Below, one piece after another: positions 38,813 to 47,932 of a DNA stretch of 64,000 nt. How positions within the stretch are numbered: position 1 is the first letter of the stretch; each line of letters starts with the position of its first letter. The stretch is taken from the IMG/VR virus record IMGVR_UViG_3300037468_000371, positions 1 through 64,000 of that record. One strand, given 5' to 3'. This stretch comes from a virus. The notes beneath the pieces are model-generated. The model saw only the letters and a list, made by a program, of their open reading frames with translations, searched no databases and had not been told where the DNA came from. The position numbers were made by a program, and so were the translations under genes.

Positions 38813-39960
38813 TGAAGACGATAGCGGGTCGTACCGTCAACGAAGTCTACCCGCTGGTGATGTGGCTGATCGGTGAGGATGGCATCCGCACCACAAGCCG
38901 TAACGGCCCGGTTCTGCAGCTGCCCGGGCCGCTCACGATCACCACGGCCGCGCCGGGCGCTCGCGTGTTGTTCGACACCGCCCGGGACGCGAACCCGTTC
39001 TTCCACGTGGCCGAGGCCATCTGGATGCTCGCGGGCCGGGACGACGTGGAGTGGCCGGCGCGGTTCGTGCCGCGGATGCTCACGTACTCGGACGATGGCC
39101 GCACGTTGCACGGTGCCTACGGTGCCCGCTGGAGGTGCTGGGACAACGCGGACTACCGCGCCGAGCCGATCGACCAGCTCGTCGAGATCATCCAGATGCT
39201 GCGCGATGATCCGTGGACCCGCCGCGCGGTGCTCGGGTTCTGGAATCCTGCCACCGACCTAGCGATGGCTCGCTCGGGCGGTCGCGACGTGCCGTGCAAC
39301 CTGACCGCGACATTCCAGGCTGCGGCGGACTGGAATGGCAACGGCAGCCCGCGCATCGACATGACGGTGTTCCAGCGTTCCGGCGATCTGATCTGGGGCG
39401 TCACGGGGGCGAACGCCGTCCACCTGTCGATGCTGCACGAGTTCGTCGCCCGCGGCGCCGGGGGATGGCAGGGACGGATGCATCAGGTGGTCGTGAACCC
39501 TCACGTGTACTGTGATATCTACGAGCGGATCATGGCGCGGTCCCCTCACCTGCGCGACAGCGCCCGAGCGGCGCTCGCCTCGGTGTCGGACCCGTACTTC
39601 GCCGATAGCCAGCGCCCGCTGACGCAGCTGCTGTGGCCGGACGAGGAGAGCGAGATCCCGAGTGGGCGGAGCGAGATGTGCGGACACGAGATGTTCACCC
39701 GGGGCTGTCACGAGTTCCTGAAGAACGACTGGCCCGACAACCATCCGTTCCTTCCGTGGTTCAAGAAGGTGGCGCTTCCGCTGCGCGAGTCGTACTTCGC
39801 GTACCGGCGCGCTCGGGCCAACGGCTTGACCCCGGCGGCGGCTGCGCCGATCGGCTTGGGGCTCCTGAGCGGGATGGATCCGATGGGCGACTGGTACCTT
39901 GCGGCGCGGAACTGGTTCGCGCGCCGCGCCGAGGCAACGAAGGAGACAGACAGTGAGTGA
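38812..39960 (+). CDS. Thymidylate-synthase-family dUMP hydroxymethylase
   Basis: RDANPFFH, SDDG...GAYG, DVPCN (catalytic Cys), RSGDLIWGVTGANAVH (Asn at the dUMP-specificity position). Confidence 0.88.
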   Translation: MKTIAGRTVNEVYPLVMWLIGEDGIRTTSRNGPVLQLPGPLTITTAAPGARVLFDTARDANPFFHVAEAIWMLAGRDDVEWPARFVPRMLTYSDDGRTLHGAYGARWRCWDNADYRAEPIDQLVEIIQMLRDDPWTRRAVLGFWNPATDLAMARSGGRDVPCNLTATFQAAADWNGNGSPRIDMTVFQRSGDLIWGVTGANAVHLSMLHEFVARGAGGWQGRMHQVVVNPHVYCDIYERIMARSPHLRDSARAALASVSDPYFADSQRPLTQLLWPDEESEIPSGRSEMCGHEMFTRGCHEFLKNDWPDNHPFLPWFKKVALPLRESYFAYRRARANGLTPAAAAPIGLGLLSGMDPMGDWYLAARNWFARRAEATKETDSE

Positions 39961-40678
39961 AGACAGAGCAGGCGATGCGAGCATGGACTACCTGAGGCAC
40001 CTCGTCGCGATCGCCGACAAGGACGTCGAGGTCTTGCGCCAGAAGGAGCGCACCTACCGCGGCTCGTGGAAGAAGCGCGGCGGGGCCGGAGCATTCCACA
40101 TGCTGGCGCGGAAGTGGGACCGGCTCGAGAACATCGCGAACGGCTCCGGCGGCGACATCTTCCAGGCCATCGACGACGACTGGAAGCTGCACGGCCCGGG
40201 CTCGCCGGACGGGACGGCGCTGGCCGAAGTCCAGGATCTGCGCCGGTACCTGATGCTCGTGGAAGCTGAGATGATCCAGCGCAGCGGCGTGGACATCGAC
40301 ATCGACGCGGACGGCGGCGGCGTGTCCGTGGACACGACGGCGTTCGGATACCCGGACTGCTTCCGGAACATCAAGTTCGCCGCCGCCGGGCCGCTCGTGC
40401 AGCATCCGGACTTCCCGGTGGACGAGCGCGAGATGGCCGAGGACGCCGCCGAGCAGGAGCGCTACTACCGGGGCCGGGGCGCGCGGCGCGCCGCGGACCG
40501 GGAGCGCTCGCTCGCCGAGGAGGCGCTCGGCCTGCTGCCGAAGCTTCGCTCGGCGCTCGAAGACGCGCACCGGAAGAAGGAGTACGACCCCGCGGTGCAG
40601 CGGGGCATCATGCTGCTGCAGGAGATCATCCACTCCATCGAACGGGCGTACGTCCCGCCGAGCGCCCGCGGCATCTGA
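39953..40678 (+). CDS. Nucleotide-modification-associated domain protein (Nmad1/DUF1599-like, MazG-like) with C-terminal extension
   Basis: KERTYRGSWKKRGGAGAFHMLARKWDRLEN...DLRRYLMLVEAE. Confidence 0.75.
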   Translation: MSEDRAGDASMDYLRHLVAIADKDVEVLRQKERTYRGSWKKRGGAGAFHMLARKWDRLENIANGSGGDIFQAIDDDWKLHGPGSPDGTALAEVQDLRRYLMLVEAEMIQRSGVDIDIDADGGGVSVDTTAFGYPDCFRNIKFAAAGPLVQHPDFPVDEREMAEDAAEQERYYRGRGARRAADRERSLAEEALGLLPKLRSALEDAHRKKEYDPAVQRGIMLLQEIIHSIERAYVPPSARGI

Positions 40679-40702
40679 ACACGAGAGAGGAGACAGACAG
40701 AG

Positions 40703-42043
40703 ATGAAGGCTCCAACGATTCACCCGCCGGCCGCGCGCCTCGGCATTCTGTTCGCCGGGCTCGGCGCGGTAGCCACAACGACAATCGCCGGCATCATCAT
40801 GGGCCGGCTCCACCCCGGGATGGCGCTGATCGGCTCGCTGACCGAGATGCAGCGCATCCGGCTCGGCACCGGGCCGGACCGCCGGAACCCGCTGATCAAG
40901 GAGCTGCTGCCGCTCGCCCCGCTCGACTCGATGGTGTTCGGAGCGTGGGACCCGATCGGAGACAGCGCCTACGAAGCCGCGCTCCGGGCCGGAGTGCTGA
41001 GCGATCTGCATCTGGAATCGGTGCAGCCTGATCTGGACCAGATCGAACCGATGTCCGCGGTGTTCTCGAGCGACTGGGTGCGCCGCCTCGCCAGCGAGGC
41101 CAACAACGTCAAGCCCGCGAGCGCGGGCCGGGACACCGGGATGGCGATCGTCGATGCGCTCTGCTCCGACATCGAACGGTTCCGCGTCGCTCACGGCAAC
41201 TGCCCGGTCGTGGTCGTTTGGACTGGCTCGACCGAGTCACACAGCCTGTCGTACCCCGAGCGGGACGGGGATCTGGTGGCGCTGCGCCACGAGTTCGAGA
41301 CCAAGCAGGCCGGCGGCCCGCTGGCGCACACGCCGCCGTCGATGTTCTACGCCTACGCCGCGGCGCTCTGCGGCGCGCCGTTCATCAACGCCTCGCCGAA
41401 CCTGTGCATGGATACCGTGGCCATGCTCGAAGCCTCGCTGGTGCTGAACGCGCCCGTGGCCGGCAAGGACCTGAAGACGGGCCAGACCCTGATGAAGACC
41501 GTTCTGGCCCCCGCGCTGAAGGCCCGCTCGCTCGGGCTGGCCGGCTGGTTCTCGACAAACATCCTCGGGAACCGCGACGGTCAGGTGCTGGACGATCCAG
41601 CGGCGTTCCGCACTAAGGAGGAGTCGAAGCTGGGCGTGCTGCAGTCCATCCTGGATCCGGACATGTATCCCGAGCTCTATGAGGACGCGTACCACAAGGT
41701 ACGGATCGAGTACTACCCGCCGCGCGGGGACGCGAAGGAGGGATGGGACAACATCGACCTGGTCGGTTGGCTCGGCTACCCGATGCAGCTGAAGGTGAAC
41801 TTCCTGTGCCGCGACTCGATCCTGGCCGCGCCGCTCGTTCTGGACCTGATCCGACTGATCGATCTGGCGCGCCGGGCCAACCTTGCCGGAGTGCAGGAAT
41901 GGCTCAGCTTCTACTTCAAGTCCCCCGTGGTGTACCCGGGTGGAATCGCAGAGCACGACCTGTTCATCCAGCACCGCAAGCTGAAGAACTTCTTGCGCAT
42001 GCTCGCTGGCCACGCGCCGCTGACGCATGCCGAAGAGGGGTGA
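40703..42043 (+). CDS. ino1: myo-Inositol-1-phosphate synthase
   Basis: GLGAVATT, FGAWD, WTGSTE, NASPN, GKDLKTGQT, STNILGNRDG, PPRGDAKEGWD, RDSILAAPLVLD, SFYFKSP. Confidence 0.95.
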   Translation: MKAPTIHPPAARLGILFAGLGAVATTTIAGIIMGRLHPGMALIGSLTEMQRIRLGTGPDRRNPLIKELLPLAPLDSMVFGAWDPIGDSAYEAALRAGVLSDLHLESVQPDLDQIEPMSAVFSSDWVRRLASEANNVKPASAGRDTGMAIVDALCSDIERFRVAHGNCPVVVVWTGSTESHSLSYPERDGDLVALRHEFETKQAGGPLAHTPPSMFYAYAAALCGAPFINASPNLCMDTVAMLEASLVLNAPVAGKDLKTGQTLMKTVLAPALKARSLGLAGWFSTNILGNRDGQVLDDPAAFRTKEESKLGVLQSILDPDMYPELYEDAYHKVRIEYYPPRGDAKEGWDNIDLVGWLGYPMQLKVNFLCRDSILAAPLVLDLIRLIDLARRANLAGVQEWLSFYFKSPVVYPGGIAEHDLFIQHRKLKNFLRMLAGHAPLTHAEEG

Positions 42044-42054
42044 GGGCGAACGCC

Positions 42055-43128
42055 ATGCCCCGAGGAGTGTACCCACGCCAACCGCGCGACCCGAACCGGC
42101 CGAAGAAGGAGCGGAAGCCGCGCCAACCGCGCGACCCGAACCGGCCGCGGAAGGAGCGGAAGCCACGCCAACCGCGCGACCCGAACCGGCCGCGGAAGGA
42201 GCGGAAGCCGCATGAGGTGAAGCGCGACGCAGACGGTCGCGTCAAGAAGTACGCACGGGGCGCGGGGTTAGTCCCGGCCATCAGGACGCCGGCCGTGGCG
42301 CGCCCGCCATTCATCCTGGAGATCCGCGGGGCCGGCGGCTCGGGCAAGACCACAGTAGCCCGCGCCGTGATGTCCCGTTACGCTTCGGGGCGGCCGATGC
42401 AGTTGCACGAGCCGTGGGAGCTGGAGACGCTGGAGAAGGGCCGTCGAGTCTGGTGGGGAAGCGGCGCGCTGCTCAAGCCGGGCGCCACGCTGACACACCG
42501 TGGCACAGTAGCGCGGGTGAACAACCGGGTGTACGGGCACCTGCTCGAACGGCACGACGAGCATGGGCGTATCGCCGGCCGGCCGCTTCTGGCCGTGGGC
42601 AAGTACGCGAAGGACTGCGGCGGCGTGGACACGGTAGCGAACATGGACGTGGCCTACGAGATTATCCGCCGCTACCACGAGCTGGGGTTCGACGTCCTGG
42701 CCGAGGGCAAGGTCCTTTCCCACTCGACGAACGAGCGGCCCCTGCGCTTCAAGGATCACCTGGTTGTGATCTTCTTGGAAGTCACCGAGGAGTTCTCGTT
42801 CGAGAACCAGGTGAAGCGCCGCACCGAGAGCGGCTCAGAGACGGATATGGCGAAGCTGGAATCGATCCGCTCGAACGCGCGGGCCGAAGTCCGCGCCGCC
42901 CGATCGTTCGCGCGCCGCCTCGGCGAAGAGGGCGTGGAGGTCTTCCCGACCGACTCGCACGAGGCCGCCGTGCAGTACGCGCTGGAACGGCTCGGGCTCG
43001 AGAATGCGCCGATCCACGAGGACTTCTGGGAGCTGTTCGAGATGCCCCCGGAAAGCGACGGCCGCTCGCGGCCGCGCGGCCCCCGCTACGGAGACAGGGA
43101 CCCGGATCCGCAGGTGACGCTGTGGTAA
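42055..43128 (+). CDS. P-loop nucleotide kinase of hypermodification clusters, with N-terminal basic repeats
   Basis: IRGAGGSGKTT, VGKY...CGGVDTV, DVLAEG. Confidence 0.8.
   Translation: MPRGVYPRQPRDPNRPKKERKPRQPRDPNRPRKERKPRQPRDPNRPRKERKPHEVKRDADGRVKKYARGAGLVPAIRTPAVARPPFILEIRGAGGSGKTTVARAVMSRYASGRPMQLHEPWELETLEKGRRVWWGSGALLKPGATLTHRGTVARVNNRVYGHLLERHDEHGRIAGRPLLAVGKYAKDCGGVDTVANMDVAYEIIRRYHELGFDVLAEGKVLSHSTNERPLRFKDHLVVIFLEVTEEFSFENQVKRRTESGSETDMAKLESIRSNARAEVRAARSFARRLGEEGVEVFPTDSHEAAVQYALERLGLENAPIHEDFWELFEMPPESDGRSRPRGPRYGDRDPDPQVTLW
42073..42207 (+). repeat. Three 45-bp in-frame tandem repeats (PRQPRDPNRP[K/R]KERK)
   Basis: Units at 42073, 42118 and 42163, nearly identical. Confidence 0.95.
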
Positions 43129-44060
43129 ACGCCCTGAACGCCGATGGAACGCCGCGGATGAACCCCGAGCACATCAACGGCTTCTTCTCGACGGCGCGCG
43201 AGCGCTACTCTATCCTGCTGCGGCGCCGCGCGGGCGCGCCGTGGCCGTGGACCGAGGACCCGGTCTTCCTCCGCTGGCGATTCTGCAACGTACACCGCGA
43301 GGACGACCGCACGACCCGCTGGTTCGCCCGCGAAGTTCGCGGCCCGCTGGCCGCGAACCCGCGCGCCGTGTACCGCGCAACGGTGGCTTTCCGCTGGTAC
43401 AACCGCATCGAGACCGGCTCGCTGCTCAGGCCGTGGCTGCTCGCGGACGAGTGGCCGTTGCGCAAGGTGCTGAACCGCCTGAAGCGGAACAGCCCGCCGT
43501 ACGTCACGGGTGCGTACATCGTCCAGGGCCTTCGTGGCTACAAGAAGGCCGAGGGCGTTGCGCGGGCAATCGACGAGTTCAGGCGCACGGGGCCGCGCAT
43601 CGACGACATCACGGCCGAGGGGACCCTCCAGGCCGCGCACTGGTTGATCGCATCGCGCGTCCGGGCGCAGGGGACCTTCACGGCCTACGAAGTGGTCACC
43701 GACCTGCGCCACACCTGCGCCCTGTGTGAAGCCCCGGACATCTTCGGCTGGTGCTATGTCGGCCCCGGCGCCCGGCGGGGCCTGAGCCGCCTGTTGTTCG
43801 GGCATCCCGATGGGCTCGGGAACCCGAGCAGCGATCGGTTCACCGTGTCCGCGTACGAGCTGGGGCTCTGCCAAGACCTGCTCGCTCTGGCGCGCATCGA
43901 ATCCTATTGGCCGGCGGAGTGGCCTGCGTGGGAGATGCGCGAAGTGGAGCACTGGCTGTGCGAATACGACAAGTACGAGCGCGGCGCTGCGATCCTGGCC
44001 GGCCGTCCCGGCTCGATGAAGCGCCGCTACCTAGAGAAAGAACGCAAGGAGCTGATCTGA
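43122..44060 (+). CDS. 5-hmdU DNA kinase (aGPT-Pplase1 family)
   Basis: PWTEDPV...RFCNVHREDDRTT, FRWYN, AYEVVTDL, GPGARRGL, EHWLCEYDKY. Confidence 0.88.
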   Translation: MVNALNADGTPRMNPEHINGFFSTARERYSILLRRRAGAPWPWTEDPVFLRWRFCNVHREDDRTTRWFAREVRGPLAANPRAVYRATVAFRWYNRIETGSLLRPWLLADEWPLRKVLNRLKRNSPPYVTGAYIVQGLRGYKKAEGVARAIDEFRRTGPRIDDITAEGTLQAAHWLIASRVRAQGTFTAYEVVTDLRHTCALCEAPDIFGWCYVGPGARRGLSRLLFGHPDGLGNPSSDRFTVSAYELGLCQDLLALARIESYWPAEWPAWEMREVEHWLCEYDKYERGAAILAGRPGSMKRRYLEKERKELI

Positions 44061-44545
44061 TGGCACGAGAAGATGGGATCGAGGAGATGCCGGCGCTCGT
44101 TCGCGCCGAACTGCCGGATCGCGTGACGCTCCTGGTCGAGAAGTCACGGGAGCTGGACCGGAAGAAGGCAGAGCTGTCGGAGCTGACCGATGAGATCCGC
44201 GCGCTGAAGAACCAGATCCAGGAGGAGTTCATCGCCGCCGGAATGCGGCAGGTCAAGACCTCCGATGGCGCGACGGTGTTCCTCGAACGGCGCGAGTACC
44301 TTTCGGTGCGCCCGCTCGACGGCGAGACTTCGATGGAGGCTCAGCAGCGCGCCGCCGGGGCGTTGGGCGAAGCCGGGCTGGACTTCCTGGTGCAGACCGC
44401 CATCAAGATCGACCTCACGGGCCTGCGCGCTCACTTCGATGAGCTGCTCGCCACGGGTGACGATACGCAGCAGCAGATCGCCACGGGGCTGAAGTCGATG
44501 TTCGACTCGGCCGAGGTCTTCGACATCAAGGTTCGTAGGCGCTGA
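44060..44545 (+). CDS. Phage replication-module coiled-coil protein
   Basis: TGATG coupling; coiled coil followed by QVKTSDGATV. Confidence 0.7.
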   Translation: MAREDGIEEMPALVRAELPDRVTLLVEKSRELDRKKAELSELTDEIRALKNQIQEEFIAAGMRQVKTSDGATVFLERREYLSVRPLDGETSMEAQQRAAGALGEAGLDFLVQTAIKIDLTGLRAHFDELLATGDDTQQQIATGLKSMFDSAEVFDIKVRRR

Positions 44546-44649
44546 TCGATCAGCGCCCGATGCCCGCTCGGCCCGAGTGCGCGGTTGGCGGCCGCGGCCG
44601 GAGCATCGAAGAAAAGAAGCCAACCGCGCAACATGAACGGAGGCGAAGC

Positions 44650-44943
44650 ATGAGCACCAAGAAGGAAGCGAAGGAACCGGCCGCGCGGCACGAGCAGGGG
44701 GGCATCCTCATCAGCCTTCCGGCCCGTCTCATCCGCGACATCCCGACGGTCGCCGCCGGGGCGAACATGAAGGTGGCCGAGCTGTTCCAGTCGCTGCGGC
44801 TGCGGGCCGAGGCCGCCGTGAACAAGGAGCTGGGTTCGGTGACAGCGCAGGAGCTGGCGATCGAGATCATCGAGCGGCGGGCGATGCAGGCCGAGGAAGA
44901 GACGAAGCGGAAGATCGCCCTGCTGAAGGGCGAGGGGGTGTGA
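44650..44943 (+). CDS. Hypothetical protein
   Basis: GGAGG RBS before the ATG at 44650. Confidence 0.65.
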   Translation: MSTKKEAKEPAARHEQGGILISLPARLIRDIPTVAAGANMKVAELFQSLRLRAEAAVNKELGSVTAQELAIEIIERRAMQAEEETKRKIALLKGEGV

Positions 44944-44944
44944 G

Positions 44945-45700
44945 ATGACTGCGAAGCCGAACGACGAGAAGGCCATCGCCCGAGTCGACGTCAGCACGCT
45001 GCTCCCGGCCGCTCTGGCCGAGGGCTTCGGCTCAGTCGGCGACATCATGCGGGACAACCTCGGCGGCGAGCCGCTGACTCCGTTCGATCTCGAGCGGATC
45101 AAGGTCCCGAGCGGCGGCGGGCAGTACTGGATGGTCGCCACGCCCGAGAAGCCCAACGGGACGCCGGTCGAGGACCTGAGTGGCGTGATCGTCTACCAGC
45201 GGCTCGGCCGTCAGTACTGGTCCGTGTCGATGGAGGAGGGCGGGGGCGGAACGCCGCCCGACTGCTCTTCGGAGGACGGTGTCACGGGCTCGGGCAATCC
45301 GGGCGGTTCCTGTCACGACTGTCCGATGGCGCAGTGGGGCTCGGCCTCCAAGGGCGGCCGCGGTCAGGCTTGCAAGTCGTCGCGGCTGCTGTTCGTCGTG
45401 TCGCCCGACTCGTTCCTGCCGCGCGTCGTCGTGGTTCCGCCCACGTCGCTCTCGGCCGTCAAGAAGTACATGACGCGACTCGCCTCCCTGGGCCGGCCGT
45501 TCTGGTCGGTCGTCACTCGGTTCCGTCTCGAGCGCGCCACGAACGCGCAGAACATCGCGTACTCGCGGATCGTACCCGAGCTGGATCAGGTCATCCCGAC
45601 CGAGGCCGTGGGCCGAATCAAGGAGTACGCCGACGAGCTGCGCCCCGTGTTCACGCAGGTTCGCGTGGACCGCGGTGACATCGACGGCGACGCCGACTAG
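44945..45700 (+). CDS. Phage ssDNA-binding/annealing-like protein
   Basis: PDCSSEDG...CHDCPMAQWGS...ACK...VPPTSL; acidic C-terminal tail. Confidence 0.7.
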   Translation: MTAKPNDEKAIARVDVSTLLPAALAEGFGSVGDIMRDNLGGEPLTPFDLERIKVPSGGGQYWMVATPEKPNGTPVEDLSGVIVYQRLGRQYWSVSMEEGGGGTPPDCSSEDGVTGSGNPGGSCHDCPMAQWGSASKGGRGQACKSSRLLFVVSPDSFLPRVVVVPPTSLSAVKKYMTRLASLGRPFWSVVTRFRLERATNAQNIAYSRIVPELDQVIPTEAVGRIKEYADELRPVFTQVRVDRGDIDGDAD

Positions 45701-45716
45701 TTCGCTGCCACGCGGG

Positions 45717-45746
45717 GCTCCCCCGGGCCTTGCCCGGGGGAGCTTC
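45717..45746 (+). terminator. Perfect 12-bp GC hairpin after the SSB-like gene
   Basis: GCTCCCCCGGGC-CTT-GCCCGGGGGAGC; weak U tail. Confidence 0.55.
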
Positions 45747-45761
45747 GGGGGCGATAGCGCG

Positions 45762-47456
45762 ATGGCCGAACAAGACGATGAACTCGGCGGGCAGGCGACT
45801 GACGACCGCAAGGTCTACCGGGTCGTGGGGCCGCCCGGCTGTGGCAAGACAACGTGGCTCGCCCGGCAGTGCGCCGCGGGCGTGCGCCACTACGGCTCGG
45901 CGGGCGTTCTTGTCAGCTCGCTGACCCGCGCGGCCGCGGCCGAAGCGGCCGGCCGAAACACGGGATTGGCCAAGGGGCAGGTCGGCACCCTGCACTCACA
46001 CTGCTACCACTCGCTCGGGCGCCCGAAGATCATCGGCGGCGCGGAGCTGGCGCAGTGGAACCGGGACTTCCCCGAGTACCCGATGAGCGGCGTGACCGTA
46101 GGGGCCGCGGCCCTGGACGGCGATTCGCTGTCGATCGGCGGCGCCGGCTCCGTCGAAGGGCAACGACGCGGCGACGAGATCATGATCCGCACGGACATGC
46201 TCCGCTCACGCAACGTACCGGTGATGGCGTGGCCGAACGATCTACAGGCGTTCCACCGCTCGTGGTCGGAGTTCAAGCGCACCTCCGAGGTCATGGACTT
46301 CACGGATCTGATAGAGCACGCCCGCGACAACATGGACCACGCGCCGGGCCGGCCCCGCCGGATCTTCATCGACGAGGCCCAGGACCTTTCGCGCCTGGAG
46401 CTGGACGTGATCGAGAAGTGGGCCGAGCACACGGACTCGACCGTCCTGGTCGGCGACGAGGGTCAGGCCCTTTACTCGTGGCGTGGCGCGTCGCCCGACG
46501 TGCTGGCCGGCGATCTGTTCCTCGTGCTGCGTCAGTCGTACCGTGTGCCTCACGCTGTGCAGCGACTGGCGATGCGCGTGGCGAAGGCTTCGGGCAGTTG
46601 GCGCGAAGAGACCGAGTACTTCCCGCGACGGACCGACGGAAACGAAGGCGAAATCGTCGAGGGAGAAGTCCTCCCGTCGTTCGGGATCACGTGGAGGCGC
46701 CCGGACCGCGTGCTGGATCTGATCGAAGAGGCGGAGAAGGCCGGCGAGAACCTGATGATCCTCGCGACCTGCGCCTACCTCCTTGGGCCGACGCAGGCGT
46801 TGCTCGGCCGGAACGGCATCCGTTGGCACAACCCATTCTCGCGCCGCTTCAACCCGATCGGCGATAAGGCGCGCGAGTCTGCGGCGGCGATCGCATACCT
46901 CGGGCAGCCGGAAGCCGCGGGCTGGTCCGCGAAGCAGTTCGCTGCCGTTGTGCGGGCAATCCGCACCGTCTCACCCGACGAAGTCGCCTCGGGCGTCGAC
47001 GGCGTGCTCCGCGGCGGGAAGAGCGCCGCTCTGCAGCTGCACGACCGTGCGGATGGGATGGAAGTCGCGCGGGCCGCCGTGCGGTGGCTTACGCCCGGGG
47101 CGCTGATGGCGTTGGAAGAGGGGGATATCGATTGGGCGATCGCGAACATTGGCCCAACCGCACCGGCGTCCATGGAGCTGGCTTTGCGGTCGATGCTGCG
47201 CCGCGGCCAGAACGCCCTCCAGGAAGAGCCTTCGGTCATCCTCGGGACGATCCATTCAGTCAAGGGCGGCGAGGCAACGCGCGTCCTGGTCTTCCCGGAC
47301 ATCTCGCCCCAAGCCGCCGTGCAGATCCGGCGGCCCGGTTGGGACGGCGCCGGGGCCGTGTTCCGCACGTTCTACGTCGGGGTGACCCGCGCCCGTGAGC
47401 GACTATACGTGGCCGGCCGCGCCAGCGCACTATCTGTTCCATTGATGAAGCTCTGA
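45762..47456 (+). CDS. UvrD/Rep-like SF1 helicase
   Basis: GPPGCGKTT, TLHS, IDEAQD, VGDEGQ, QSYR, TIHSVKGGE, YVGVTRARE. Confidence 0.92.
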   Translation: MAEQDDELGGQATDDRKVYRVVGPPGCGKTTWLARQCAAGVRHYGSAGVLVSSLTRAAAAEAAGRNTGLAKGQVGTLHSHCYHSLGRPKIIGGAELAQWNRDFPEYPMSGVTVGAAALDGDSLSIGGAGSVEGQRRGDEIMIRTDMLRSRNVPVMAWPNDLQAFHRSWSEFKRTSEVMDFTDLIEHARDNMDHAPGRPRRIFIDEAQDLSRLELDVIEKWAEHTDSTVLVGDEGQALYSWRGASPDVLAGDLFLVLRQSYRVPHAVQRLAMRVAKASGSWREETEYFPRRTDGNEGEIVEGEVLPSFGITWRRPDRVLDLIEEAEKAGENLMILATCAYLLGPTQALLGRNGIRWHNPFSRRFNPIGDKARESAAAIAYLGQPEAAGWSAKQFAAVVRAIRTVSPDEVASGVDGVLRGGKSAALQLHDRADGMEVARAAVRWLTPGALMALEEGDIDWAIANIGPTAPASMELALRSMLRRGQNALQEEPSVILGTIHSVKGGEATRVLVFPDISPQAAVQIRRPGWDGAGAVFRTFYVGVTRARERLYVAGRASALSVPLMKL

Positions 47457-47476
47457 AAGGACGGTTCGAGATCGCC

Positions 47477-47932
47477 ATGCCAGGGACCGGGAAGATTCAC
47501 AACCCGAGGGAGTCATCGGTCGGCCGCGACTTCCGCAAGAAGGCCACGGCGCAAGGGCTGAAGGTAATCAAGATCCACGGTGGTCCCTACCAGGAGAAGG
47601 GCCTCCCGGACTATCTCATCCGGCCCCGCCGCACGCTGAACCGCTTCCGCGGCGCCGGGGACCTGCGCATGGGGCGACCGTGCTGGGTCGAGCTGAAGAA
47701 GGTCGGGGGCCGGCCGCCGGAGGGCCTTCAGTTACACACGGCTGCGGAGCTGGCTGAGCGGGGCGACGTTGTCATCTTCGCCAACGATTCCGCCGCCGCG
47801 GTCGAGTGCATCATGGCTGAGCGCATCGGCGAACGAGAGATCGAGTGGCCCGGGCGCGGCGGCGTAATCGACCTGATCGGCATCGCGGACGAGTGGCTCA
47901 AGTCGTGCGGGATTTGGGCGGTGGTCCGATGA
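47477..47932 (+). CDS. VRR-NUC-like PD-(D/E)xK nuclease
   Basis: KIHG...GLPD...WVELK...LQ. Confidence 0.8.
   Translation: MPGTGKIHNPRESSVGRDFRKKATAQGLKVIKIHGGPYQEKGLPDYLIRPRRTLNRFRGAGDLRMGRPCWVELKKVGGRPPEGLQLHTAAELAERGDVVIFANDSAAAVECIMAERIGEREIEWPGRGGVIDLIGIADEWLKSCGIWAVVR

Noticed and set aside
38812-39960. Ordinary thyA or dCMP hydroxymethylase
   Set aside because: The GANAVH motif with Asn and the neighbouring 5-hmdU kinase/AADT genes fit a dUMP hydroxymethylase.
42073-42207. CRISPR-like array
   Set aside because: The repeats are contiguous, in-frame and have no spacers. The 101-187 repeats are too short and lack unique spacers.
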